DNA of 42,659 nucleotides from a virus. The notes under the pieces are model-generated. The model was not told the DNA's origin, searched no databases, and saw only the letters and a program-made list of their open reading frames with translations. The DNA is taken from the IMG/VR virus record IMGVR_UViG_3300045988_098498; one strand, written 5' to 3'. Position numbers and translations under genes: made by a program. The first letter of the stretch is position 1. Every line of letters begins with the position of its first letter. Positions 14,632 to 23,123 of the stretch are shown here, one piece after another.

Positions 14632-16043
14632 GAAAAATATACACATTTACAATACCGAGAGAAAGTTTTGACGAGTTAAACCCAGACAAACAGATACTCC
14701 GCCAGCTGATCAGCAAACACATCAGTAAGGTGGACCGGCTGAAGAAGAATATGTCCTACTACGAAGGAAAGCACAAGATCCTGGATGAGACCAAACGGGA
14801 AAACCGCCTGGTGTGCAATCATGCAAAAGACATCTCTGATACAGCCAGCAGCTATTTCATCGGCAATCCGGTGACGTACAAATCAGAGGGAGACATCAAG
14901 GCCCTCACAGACGCACTGGAGCTGGCCGGAGCAGATGAGACAGACGGAGACAACGGTCTGGAGGCATCCATCTACGGCCTGGCTTACGAATATGTCTATG
15001 TGAAGGAAAACGAGAACAACCTGCAGACCAAGAACCTGTCTGCGGAAAATACCTTCATGGTAAAAGATGACAGCATAGAGGAAAACGAACTCTTTGCTGT
15101 CTATTATTATATCCGGGAAGATGATTCCGGGAAGCTTCCGGACCACTATATGGCCACAGTAGTGACCACAAACTATAAGTACGAGCTGGACATCGAGAAC
15201 AACAATACGATCCAGGCAACCACAGAGCCGGCGGTGCCCCATTATCTTGGTGAGATCCCGATCATTGAATACCTGAACAATAAACTGGCCATCGGAGATT
15301 TTGAACTGCAGATCCCACTGATCGATGCATACAATGCGCTGATGAGCGATCGTGTGACCGATAAGGAGCAGTTTATTGATGCGATCCTGGCTATCTATGG
15401 AACATTGCTGACCGATGAGGACGAACCGAACACTGAGGATGAAGACGAGAGCATCCGAAAGGCCAAAGCCCGTCTTAAAAAGTACAAGGTTCTTGAGATG
15501 CCGGACACAGCCAAAGCAGAGTATCTGACCAGGACTTTTGATGAAAACGGTGTGGAGATCCTTAAGAAAGCCATTGAGCAGGATATCCATAAGTTTTCCC
15601 ATATTCCCTGTATGTCAGATGAAAGCTTCGGAGGGAACGTCAGTGGTGTGGCTATGGAATTTAAGCTCCTGGGCATGGAAAATATCACAAAGATCAAGAC
15701 CAGATATTATAAAAAAGGTCTGAGAAAAAGAGTTCGGATATTCTGTAACTATCTGGCTTTGCATGGGATCAGCATCGATTCATCCGGGATCACGATGACG
15801 TTCACCAGAGCATTGCCGAAAAATCTCCTGGAGATATCCCAGATTGTGGCAAATCTGTGGGGAAAGGTAAGCCGTAAGACCTTGCTTTCCCAGGTCCCGT
15901 TTGTGGAGGATGTGGATGAGGAACTGAAAGCCCTGGAAGCAGAGGAAGAAGAGAATCTGAAGCGGCAGCAGGAAGTCTTTGGACTGCAGGACAATACGCC
16001 ACCGGAGCAGGATCCGGATGACAAGGAAAAGGTAAATGAGTAG
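14577..16043 (+). CDS. Portal protein (SPP1 gp6 family)
   Basis: MSYYEGKHKIL...NRLVCNHAKDISDTASSYFIGNPVTY matches the SPP1-type portal N-terminal pattern, and the position after TerL fits. The start is uncertain: ATG 14577 has no SD, and GGAGG (14624-14628) is followed by GTG 14628 and ATA 14637. Confidence 0.8.
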   Translation: MQHHNRQKSSTFPRDKEVRKIYTFTIPRESFDELNPDKQILRQLISKHISKVDRLKKNMSYYEGKHKILDETKRENRLVCNHAKDISDTASSYFIGNPVTYKSEGDIKALTDALELAGADETDGDNGLEASIYGLAYEYVYVKENENNLQTKNLSAENTFMVKDDSIEENELFAVYYYIREDDSGKLPDHYMATVVTTNYKYELDIENNNTIQATTEPAVPHYLGEIPIIEYLNNKLAIGDFELQIPLIDAYNALMSDRVTDKEQFIDAILAIYGTLLTDEDEPNTEDEDESIRKAKARLKKYKVLEMPDTAKAEYLTRTFDENGVEILKKAIEQDIHKFSHIPCMSDESFGGNVSGVAMEFKLLGMENITKIKTRYYKKGLRKRVRIFCNYLALHGISIDSSGITMTFTRALPKNLLEISQIVANLWGKVSRKTLLSQVPFVEDVDEELKALEAEEEENLKRQQEVFGLQDNTPPEQDPDDKEKVNE

Positions 16044-17628
16044 GAAATACTGGGAACAGAGATCTGCCTGGGATATGTATCAGTTTATGGAGGATGCAGA
16101 AGAAACAGCAGATTTCATTGCCAAAGTATACCGGAAAGCCTCTCTCCAACTGGAATATGCCGCAAGAGATATCTTTGAAAAGTTCATGACAAAATATGGT
16201 CTGTCAGAAACAGAAGCCTGGCAGATTATAAATTCCATCCAGGATAAAAACTCCATTGATCAGCTGAAACAGGAACTCCAGAACAGGAAAAGGGACAGTG
16301 AGATCCTGAAACAGCTGGAAGCTCCGGCGTACCGTGCAAGACTGGAGCACTTGCAGGATCTTATGACACAGGTAGATGCAGTGATGCAGCAGGTGTATCA
16401 GCAGGAGAAACAGTTCGATACCAAACTTCTGGAGCAGCTTGGAGAAAAAGCGTATTATCATTCCATCTACAATATGCAGAAAGAAACTGGCCTGGTATTC
16501 AGTTTCTCTCATGTAAGCAGGAAGCAGATCGACCAGGCTCTGCAGATGAAATGGTCCGGAAAACATTTTTCAGACCGTATCTGGCAGAACACACAGCAGC
16601 TTGCAGATTCCTTGAAGGATGAATTGCTGATCAGCCTCCTTACCGGCCGGACAGACCGGGAAACAGCGGAATCCATCCAGGCCCAGTGCGGAGGGGGAGC
16701 AAAGCAGGCCAGGCGATTGGTAAGAACAGAATCCTGTTACATGGCAGGAGAATTGACTGCACAGAGTTATATTGACTGCGGGATCAAGAATTATCGCTAT
16801 GTGGCAGTGCTGGATCTTCGTACCAGTGAGATCTGTCGGGAACTGGATGGAAAGGTTTTTCCGGTGAAAGACCGGAAAGCCGGAGTGAACTATCCGCCCA
16901 TGCATCCATATTGCCGCTCCACAACGATTTCTGTCATAGATGATAAAATCCTCAGAAACATGAAAAGAAGCGCCTACAACCCGGAAACAGGGCGTACAGA
17001 GATGGTTCCTGCGGATATGACCTATAAACAGTGGTATGAGAAATACGTCAAAGGAAATCCAAAAGCAGAAGCCCAGGAAAAGGCAGTCAAGAACGTTGCA
17101 TCAGACAGGAAACAGTATGATCAGTACCGGGAACTCCTTGGAAAAGACATGCCGAAACATTTTGCAGACTTCCAGGAAATGAAGTATAATGAACCTGAGA
17201 AGTGGGAATTGCTCAGGACTTATGCTCGTTCGGTGAAGAATGGAATGATATCTCCACTATCTGGTTTTAAGAATTATCAGAAGATCTATGATGAAATCAA
17301 TGAAAAAGTTGTTGGAGCCAAAACTTCTGAGGGAACGGCAGTAACCAGACAGAGTAAACATTTCATGGAGAGAGTGATCGGAACCATGAAAGATCCTAAA
17401 ACTGGACGACCACGATCGGGAGTATCGGTGGAAGGAATAAAGGATGCGCTGGAGAAACCGGCGAAGGTATTTCCTGTGAGAACGGATCCTGGTGGAGAAA
17501 AAAGTCAGAAATATATGGGCAGAAACGGAACAGTTTCAGTAGATCCAGATACGGGAGTTCTGATTCAATGTAATCCAACAGATTCAGATTATGTGAGGAG
17601 AATAAGAAATGGAAATGCGAAGATTTGA
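16036..17628 (+). CDS. MuF/SPP1 gp7-family head morphogenesis protein with a C-terminal toxin-like extension
   Basis: MuF core: WSGKHFSDRIW...RLVRTE...YVAVLDLRTSEICRELDGKVF...PPMHPYCRST. An extra roughly 200 aa ends in a compact domain, QSKHFMERVIGTM...GVSVEGIKDAL...VSVDPDTGVLIQCNP. Confidence 0.8.
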   Translation: MSRKYWEQRSAWDMYQFMEDAEETADFIAKVYRKASLQLEYAARDIFEKFMTKYGLSETEAWQIINSIQDKNSIDQLKQELQNRKRDSEILKQLEAPAYRARLEHLQDLMTQVDAVMQQVYQQEKQFDTKLLEQLGEKAYYHSIYNMQKETGLVFSFSHVSRKQIDQALQMKWSGKHFSDRIWQNTQQLADSLKDELLISLLTGRTDRETAESIQAQCGGGAKQARRLVRTESCYMAGELTAQSYIDCGIKNYRYVAVLDLRTSEICRELDGKVFPVKDRKAGVNYPPMHPYCRSTTISVIDDKILRNMKRSAYNPETGRTEMVPADMTYKQWYEKYVKGNPKAEAQEKAVKNVASDRKQYDQYRELLGKDMPKHFADFQEMKYNEPEKWELLRTYARSVKNGMISPLSGFKNYQKIYDEINEKVVGAKTSEGTAVTRQSKHFMERVIGTMKDPKTGRPRSGVSVEGIKDALEKPAKVFPVRTDPGGEKSQKYMGRNGTVSVDPDTGVLIQCNPTDSDYVRRIRNGNAKI

Positions 17629-17866
17629 ACTGACGAATGAACAAATTGAATTTCTTAAAGAAATGTATCCTGACAATGAACTTGTTCAGAGAGTACTGAG
17701 TCATGAAAACAATGGAGTATTTGAAGTAGATGTGGATACCAAAATTGATTTTATGGAGTACGTGGAAGATGAGTCGGTATATTGGATGAATCCACATCAT
17801 GAGCCATCAGCAAAAACATATATGCTTGAATCAATAAGGGATGATATTTATTATCAGACCAACTGA
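17609..17866 (+). CDS. Small acidic protein, putative immunity partner of the MuF toxin domain
   Basis: 85 aa and rich in D/E. Its start overlaps the end of the MuF gene by 20 nt, and a terminator follows it. Confidence 0.5.
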   Translation: MEMRRFELTNEQIEFLKEMYPDNELVQRVLSHENNGVFEVDVDTKIDFMEYVEDESVYWMNPHHEPSAKTYMLESIRDDIYYQTN

Positions 17867-17867
17867 T

Positions 17868-17899
17868 ACCACCAGTCAGAAATGGCAGGTGGTCTTTTT
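17868..17899 (+). terminator. Intrinsic terminator (weak stem)
   Basis: ACCACC (17868-17873) pairs with GGTGGT (17888-17893), then CTTTTT. Confidence 0.4.
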
Positions 17900-17932
17900 A
17901 TACCCATTTTTAAGAAAGAGAGGGCGAAGAAC

Positions 17933-18235
17933 ATGAAGAAATTATTTATCAGTCAGCCAATGAATGGCAAAGCAGACGAGGAGATTCTTGCAGAGCGAAA
18001 GGTGGCAATCAAAGCAGCAGAAGAGTTGTTGAGAGAACCTGTAGAGGTTATTGATTCTTTCTTCCAGTCAGCACCGGTAGGAGCAAAACCTCTGTGGTTC
18101 CTTGGAAAATCGTTGGAGCTTTTGTCTGGTGCTGATATTGCCTATTTTGCAAAAGACTGGCAGAAAGCAAGAGGATGTAAGATCGAACATGAGTGTGCGG
18201 TTGAGTATGGAATTTCGAGAATTGAACATGCGTAG
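17933..18235 (+). CDS. DUF4406 / nucleoside 2-deoxyribosyltransferase-like protein
   Basis: MKKLFISQPMNGKADEEI... at the N-terminus and ...DWQKARGCKIEHECAVEYGI at the C-terminus resemble the DUF4406 pattern (xISGPMxG ... GWexSrGaxxE). ATG follows GAGAGGG. Confidence 0.4.
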   Translation: MKKLFISQPMNGKADEEILAERKVAIKAAEELLREPVEVIDSFFQSAPVGAKPLWFLGKSLELLSGADIAYFAKDWQKARGCKIEHECAVEYGISRIEHA

Positions 18236-18245
18236 GAGGTAAGGG

Positions 18246-18509
18246 ATGGAAAACGAAGAATTTTTAAGGCTTTGTAAGGCAAAAGTAGCTGAATATACAA
18301 ATTCACACATGGATAAGACCGATGGAAAACAGATTACAGTACAGGATGTGTGCGTGGTATGGAGTTGTAAGACATTACAGAACAGTAAAGCACTTCTGAG
18401 CACGACTGTGCCGGATGGAATGTATTATGAGCTGACATATAACGGAGATAAGCACGAGTTATACCTTGATGCTTATAAGAAGTTTCAGAACATGTGCTTT
18501 AAACTGTAA
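18246..18509 (+). CDS. Hypothetical phage protein (87 aa)
   Basis: SD GGAGGTAAGGG precedes the ATG. The motif VVWSCKTLQNSKALL...DGMYYELTYNGDK recurs in Firmicutes phages. Function unknown. Confidence 0.55.
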   Translation: MENEEFLRLCKAKVAEYTNSHMDKTDGKQITVQDVCVVWSCKTLQNSKALLSTTVPDGMYYELTYNGDKHELYLDAYKKFQNMCFKL

Positions 18510-18523
18510 TTGCGCCGGCGCAA
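18510..18523. repeat. 14-bp palindrome, copy 3 (intergenic, just before the SD of 18543)
   Basis: Read directly. The 17-mer AATTGCGCCGGCGCAAC is identical to copy 4. Confidence 0.95.
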
Positions 18524-18542
18524 CGGAGGGGAGGTGAAGAGA

Positions 18543-18707
18543 ATGAAAGTGAAATGCATCAAAAGATACAGCGACATCTGCTTAAAAGAAGTAGTTGAGA
18601 AGGGAACTGTTCTGGAAGTAACAGAAAACAGAGGGGCACATCTGATCAGTGAGGGTGTTGCTGAGGCAGTGAGAGAAGCAAAGGCAGCAGTCAAAGGGAA
18701 GGAATAG
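18543..18707 (+). CDS. Hypothetical small protein (54 aa)
   Basis: ATG 18543 follows GGAGGGGAGGTG. Sequence MKVKCIKRYSDICLKEVVEKGTVLEV... Confidence 0.5.
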   Translation: MKVKCIKRYSDICLKEVVEKGTVLEVTENRGAHLISEGVAEAVREAKAAVKGKE

Positions 18708-18728
18708 GTGATCCAATTATCTCCCGGT

Positions 18729-18757
18729 GAGACGCAGGGTGAAGCGTCTTATTTTTT
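18729..18757 (+). terminator. Intrinsic terminator
   Basis: GAGACGC (18729-18735), 8-nt loop, GCGTCTT (18744-18750), then ATTTTTT. Confidence 0.65.
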
Positions 18758-18849
18758 ATGCCTTTTTCCGCCAGGCGTTAAAGAAGCGGATTCCACAAAC
18801 TGAATGGCCCGGGCGCGAGAACGAATAGGCTGGGCAGAAAGGAAAAGAT

Positions 18850-19485
18850 ATGAGAAACAGAGTATTCAAAGCAATGTGTAAAGTTCCGATGAACCTGCAG
18901 TTATTCGCAGAAGGCGGAGACGGTGCTGGGGCCGGTGAGGGCAATGGCGGCGGATCTGGCGAAGGTACAGGCGGTGAGGGTGGAGATAATCCTCCATCTT
19001 TTGATGACTTCCTGAAAACAGGCGGTAATCAGGCGGAGTTTGACAGACGTGTCCAGAAGGCAGTCAATACGGCAGTGACAAACGCACAGGAGAAGTGGCA
19101 GGCACTGACGGATGATAAGCTTTCCGAGGCTGAGAAGCTGGCCAAGATGACCAAGGAAGAAAAAGCACAGTACATGCAGAAGAAAAAAGAAAAGGAACTT
19201 TCCGACAGGGAGGCAGCAGTAACCAGAAGTGAGCTCATGGCAGAAGCAAAGAACAACCTGTCAGACGAAGGACTTCCGGTGGAGCTTGCAGAAGTACTGA
19301 ATTATACAGATGCAGATGCCTGCAAGAAATCCATGGAAACCGTCAAAAAAGCGTTCCAGACTGCAGTTGAGAAAGCAGTCGATGAGAAGCTGAAGGGCGG
19401 CAAGCCTCCGAAAAAAGCACCAGGAACAAACACACAGGAAGCCCTTGAAAAGCAGGTATACAATGCGATGATGGGTATTTTTTAA
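18850..19485 (+). CDS. Capsid scaffolding protein (DUF4355-like)
   Basis: N-terminal MNLQLFAEG motif, a Gly-rich stretch, then a charged helical body. It lies immediately upstream of the major capsid gene. The start may be ATG 18850, 18874 or 18889. Confidence 0.75.
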   Translation: MRNRVFKAMCKVPMNLQLFAEGGDGAGAGEGNGGGSGEGTGGEGGDNPPSFDDFLKTGGNQAEFDRRVQKAVNTAVTNAQEKWQALTDDKLSEAEKLAKMTKEEKAQYMQKKKEKELSDREAAVTRSELMAEAKNNLSDEGLPVELAEVLNYTDADACKKSMETVKKAFQTAVEKAVDEKLKGGKPPKKAPGTNTQEALEKQVYNAMMGIF

Positions 19486-19502
19486 AGGAGAGTGAATAAA
19501 CA

Positions 19503-20435
19503 ATGGCAATCAATACTTTAGCAACAGCAACCTTATTTATGACACAGCTTGATAAGACTGCAATTCAGGAAGCAGCCACTGGCTGGATGGATGCCAATGC
19601 CGGTCAGGTGATCTATAACGGTGGATCTGAAGTAAAGATCCCGAAAATGAACGTTCAGGGAATGGGCGACTATGACCGTGAGACTGGATACCAGCGCGGC
19701 TCCGTTACCCTGGAGTACGAGACCAGAAAAATGACACAGGACCGTGGCCGTCTCTTTCAGCTGGATCCGATGGATATCAATGAGGCAAACTTTATCCCGA
19801 CTGCCGGTGCAGTTATGGGAGAGTTCCAGAGGACACAGGTAGTTCCGGAGATCGATGCGTACCGTATCAGCAAGCTGGCCACAGAAACACTTACTGCAGA
19901 TAAGGCAGGAATGATCGGAGAATCTTACGTGCCAGGAGCAACAGGAACATCTGCCCTGCGTAAGCTGAAAGAAGGAATCAAGGCGGTAAGAGAAAACTAT
20001 AACGGAGCGCTTATCTGCCAGGCAACACCGGACTTTATTATGGAACTGGAGCTGGAACTTGCAGGCAAGATCACTGCAGTGACTTTCTCTAAAGGCGGAA
20101 TTCAGACACAGGTTCCTTCTGTAGATGGTGTACCGCTGGTTTCCACGCCTTCCAACCGTATGTACACAGCTATCAAGATCAATAACGGTAAAGATAGTGG
20201 CCAGGAAAAAGGCGGATATGAAAAAGGAACATCCGCAAAGAACCTGAACTTCTTCATCTGCCCTGTAACCACGCCGATCGCTGTCACAAAACAGGATATC
20301 ATGCGTATCTTCGACCCGACAACAAACCAGAAATTGAACGCATGGCAGATGGATTACCGCCGTTTCCATGATATGTGGATTCTGGATAATAAACTGGATT
20401 CCATCTATCTGAGCATCCAGGAGGCGAAAGCATGA
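19503..20435 (+). CDS. Major capsid protein
   Basis: 310 aa. AGGAGAG SD. The position after the scaffold and the N-terminal MAINTLATATLFMTQLDKTAIQEA...IPKM pattern are typical of this capsid family. Confidence 0.8.
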   Translation: MAINTLATATLFMTQLDKTAIQEAATGWMDANAGQVIYNGGSEVKIPKMNVQGMGDYDRETGYQRGSVTLEYETRKMTQDRGRLFQLDPMDINEANFIPTAGAVMGEFQRTQVVPEIDAYRISKLATETLTADKAGMIGESYVPGATGTSALRKLKEGIKAVRENYNGALICQATPDFIMELELELAGKITAVTFSKGGIQTQVPSVDGVPLVSTPSNRMYTAIKINNGKDSGQEKGGYEKGTSAKNLNFFICPVTTPIAVTKQDIMRIFDPTTNQKLNAWQMDYRRFHDMWILDNKLDSIYLSIQEAKA

Positions 20436-20671
20436 GACTGATCCGTAAAAATGTGGAAAGAGAAGCTGATGGGACAACAGCAGAAAAGCTGATCAGCGAT
20501 GGATTTACGCCAATGGGAGAAAAAAAGCCAGATACAGTACCAGAAGAGAAAGCCGGCAAGAATATTGAAGATATGACAGTCGAGGAACTGAAAGCTCTTG
20601 CAAAGGAGAAAGGCCTGACTGGTGTATCTTCCCTTGCCAAGGCAGATCTGCTTGCTATTTTGAAAGGATGA
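20432..20671 (+). CDS. Small head-module protein with a Rho_N/HeH (SAP-like) motif
   Basis: C-terminal MTVEELKALAKEKGLTGVSSLAKADLLAILKG is a typical Rho N-terminal-type HeH motif. Confidence 0.6.
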   Translation: MRLIRKNVEREADGTTAEKLISDGFTPMGEKKPDTVPEEKAGKNIEDMTVEELKALAKEKGLTGVSSLAKADLLAILKG

Positions 20672-20675
20672 TCCT

Positions 20676-21005
20676 GTGGCGAAAAGTAAAGACATAGAAA
20701 GAGTTCAGACCTTGACAGGAGAAAAAGATGAGGATCTCATAGAGATTCTTCTTGATGATGCAGAAGCTTTCGTACTGTCTTACACAAACCGGACACGATT
20801 AAAAACTGGACTTGAAAAAGCAGTCAGGGATCTTGCCGTGATCGCTTTGAACCGGATGGGAACGGAGGGGGAAAAGTCCAGAAGTGAGGGCGGAGAGAGT
20901 TACACTTTTGATGATGCGCCGAAGCAGATCTATGACACACTGAACCGGTATCGCCTGGCCAGAGTGGGAGGTAAGACTTATGAGGCTGAGAAGAAACAGG
21001 CTTGA
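20676..21005 (+). CDS. Head-tail connector (gp6-like) protein
   Basis: GTG start. DEDLIEILLDDAEAFVLSYTNRT is characteristic of Phage_connect_1-type proteins. Confidence 0.65.
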   Translation: MAKSKDIERVQTLTGEKDEDLIEILLDDAEAFVLSYTNRTRLKTGLEKAVRDLAVIALNRMGTEGEKSRSEGGESYTFDDAPKQIYDTLNRYRLARVGGKTYEAEKKQA

Positions 21006-21354
21006 GGAATTTTTCCATAAGAAAATGACGGTAAAGAAAGACAAGGAAGGCAGTACCAGTGAAGAATATGGTGCTGCCTCTTCTGTTACCGGAGAAAGCT
21101 GGCCGGCATCCGGAAAAGTACAGGCTGAGCAGTACGGCCAGAGACTGAATTATATCCGGAATATCCGGATACAGGGAAGCTATAAGATCCAGACGGATGA
21201 AAAAGGCCGGCTGCATTATATCCTGGAAGATGGAACGGATATAGAGGAACGGGACGGGATTTGTCTATATGTGGCAGCAGATCAGCTTCCAGACTATCGG
21301 ATCATATCCATCAAACTATATCGTTTCCTTACCATGGAGGTGGAAAAGATATGA
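20980..21354 (+). CDS. Head closure / head-tail adaptor protein
   Basis: ATG follows GGGAGG. Size and position match SPP1 gp16-like head closure proteins. Confidence 0.5.
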   Translation: MRLRRNRLEEFFHKKMTVKKDKEGSTSEEYGAASSVTGESWPASGKVQAEQYGQRLNYIRNIRIQGSYKIQTDEKGRLHYILEDGTDIEERDGICLYVAADQLPDYRIISIKLYRFLTMEVEKI

Positions 21355-21860
21355 GTGTAAATGGATTTGATGAAGTGGAGAAAGTTTTGCAAGAGGTGTC
21401 CGAGTTGGACACCCGGCAGGCAGTTGGAGAAGCAATCCAGTTTGTACGATCAGCAGCAGTTGAGAATTGCCATGCAGATACCGGAGAACTCCGGCAGAGC
21501 ATTTTTGCCGAAACCGCAGAGGAAGAAAACACTGTCACAGGGATCTGCTGGACAGACAAAGCTTATGCTCCATACATAGAGTTAGGAACAGGACCGAAAG
21601 GCCAGGAGAAACATGCCGGCATCTCTCCGGAAGTAACTCCGGTCTATACTCAACAGCCATGGTGGATCCATGAAAGCCAGATAGACAGAAGAGTGGCTGA
21701 AAAGTACCGTTGGCCATATATAGACACGCCGGATGGAAGATTCTATAGATGCAGCGGAAATCCGGCCTATCCGTTCCTGTATCCGGCTATGAAGGATAAC
21801 GAAGAACAGATCTTAAAGATGCTGGGCGGAAGCCTTGCGTCAGATTTGGAGGATATATGA
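21351..21860 (+). CDS. HK97 gp10-family tail-attachment protein
   Basis: ATGA overlap at 21351. The motif AVENCHADTGELRQSIFAE matches the gp10-like xDTGxLRxSI signature. Confidence 0.65.
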   Translation: MSVNGFDEVEKVLQEVSELDTRQAVGEAIQFVRSAAVENCHADTGELRQSIFAETAEEENTVTGICWTDKAYAPYIELGTGPKGQEKHAGISPEVTPVYTQQPWWIHESQIDRRVAEKYRWPYIDTPDGRFYRCSGNPAYPFLYPAMKDNEEQILKMLGGSLASDLEDI

Positions 21861-22225
21861 AGAATGTAAAAGATCAGGTGTACGCGGCACTGTGCACGGT
21901 GTTCGAAAATGTTTCAGATGCCTATCCTCGTTCCTGGGCGGAGGGTTCAACGATCCAGTATACCGAAGAGCAGAACGATGTATACGAAGCCAGCTCCGAG
22001 GCTGAAGGAATGAGAGAGGATAAAGCCCTTGTAAGATACCGGATCGATATCTGGAACAATCACAGCACTTCAGAAGCAGCTCTGCAGGTAGATGAAGCGA
22101 TGAAAGTGACAGGCCTGAAACGGATCGCATGTGCAGATGTGCCGGATCCGTCAGGGATGAAACATAAACAGATGCGCTACGAAGGGATCATTGATATGGA
22201 TTCTGACAGCGTGTACTGGAGATAA
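21857..22225 (+). CDS. Tail terminator / tail completion protein
   Basis: ATGA overlap. 122 aa. It lies directly before the major tail protein gene. Confidence 0.5.
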   Translation: MKNVKDQVYAALCTVFENVSDAYPRSWAEGSTIQYTEEQNDVYEASSEAEGMREDKALVRYRIDIWNNHSTSEAALQVDEAMKVTGLKRIACADVPDPSGMKHKQMRYEGIIDMDSDSVYWR

Positions 22226-22237
22226 GGAGGAATAGAG

Positions 22238-22660
22238 ATGTTAGCAAATGGAGCAACATTAGGTTACAGAAAACACACAGCTGGAGAAAACTCTGCAGCT
22301 TACACAGATCTTCCAGGACTGAAAGAGATCCCGGAAGTCGGAGTGGAACTGGATAAGGAGGAAAATACCTGCCTTACAGATCCGCACAAGATGTACGAGG
22401 AAGGTATTGGAGACCTTCCGGATATGAAGTACAAATGGAGGTACGACAACAGCAAAGCCGGAAGCCCGTACAGGCTTATGAGAGATGCAGCAGATAAAAA
22501 AGAAATCTGGGATTTCCAGGAAAAAACAAAAGATGGAACAGTTACCGAGTTTACTGCACAGTTTTCCGTAAAACGTACAGGCGGTGGAGTAAATGGTGTG
22601 ATCGAGTTTGAGGTGACCATGGCCGTACAGTCTGAGATCAAACAGACAGATCCGGCGTAA
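22238..22660 (+). CDS. Major tail protein
   Basis: GATLGY...YTDLPGLKEIPEVGVELDKEENTCLTD...GIGDLPDMKYKWRYD matches the TP901-1/phi13-type major tail pattern. Confidence 0.75.
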   Translation: MLANGATLGYRKHTAGENSAAYTDLPGLKEIPEVGVELDKEENTCLTDPHKMYEEGIGDLPDMKYKWRYDNSKAGSPYRLMRDAADKKEIWDFQEKTKDGTVTEFTAQFSVKRTGGGVNGVIEFEVTMAVQSEIKQTDPA

Positions 22661-22673
22661 GGAGGAATAAAAG

Positions 22674-23123
22674 ATGATGAATTTTGAAGGCATTCAGGAT
22701 CTGGGCGGAGCTTCTGCCCAGAATGAGACACAGGCTCCGGAGGAAAAAGTAGTCAATCTGGAGGAACAGAAGAAAAAGAGACAGCCCTTTGCTTATTGGA
22801 ATGTAGGCGGCAGGAGCTTCAAGATGAAACTGAAAGCTTCCGGAATCGGACGCCTGGAAAATAAGTACAGACAGAATCTCATGAATATGATCGATGATAT
22901 TCCGCCGCTTTCCGTGATGCTGACGATCATCCAGGAAGCAATGTCACCGTGGGAGCATGGGATTGATTATCAGGATGTGCAGAAGCTGTATGACGCATGG
23001 ATCGATGAAGGGAACAGTCAGCTGGAACTCTATCAGAAGATTTTGATCCCGCTCATGGTGGTATCGGGTTTTTTACCGGAGAAAACAGCGGCATCCCTTC
23101 TGGAGGAAATCGAGAACGCCTGA
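22674..23123 (+). CDS. Tail assembly chaperone (gpG-like)
   Basis: It sits between the major tail protein and the tape measure. It contains the slippery site near its 3' end. Confidence 0.7.
   Translation: MMNFEGIQDLGGASAQNETQAPEEKVVNLEEQKKKRQPFAYWNVGGRSFKMKLKASGIGRLENKYRQNLMNMIDDIPPLSVMLTIIQEAMSPWEHGIDYQDVQKLYDAWIDEGNSQLELYQKILIPLMVVSGFLPEKTAASLLEEIENA
23069..23075 (+). promoter_or_regulatory. -1 programmed ribosomal frameshift slippery heptamer T_TTT_TTA
   Basis: The zero-frame codons are GGT TTT TTA. The -1 frame is open from here into the 23123-23485 ORF, which lies in the -1 frame relative to 22674. Confidence 0.65.

Noticed and set aside
14883-15602. 239-aa minus-strand ORF
   Set aside because: It is antisense to the portal gene, so it is a shadow ORF.
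19533-20477. 314-aa minus-strand ORF
   Set aside because: It is antisense to the major capsid gene. It has no SD and no recognisable motifs, and is a typical shadow frame.
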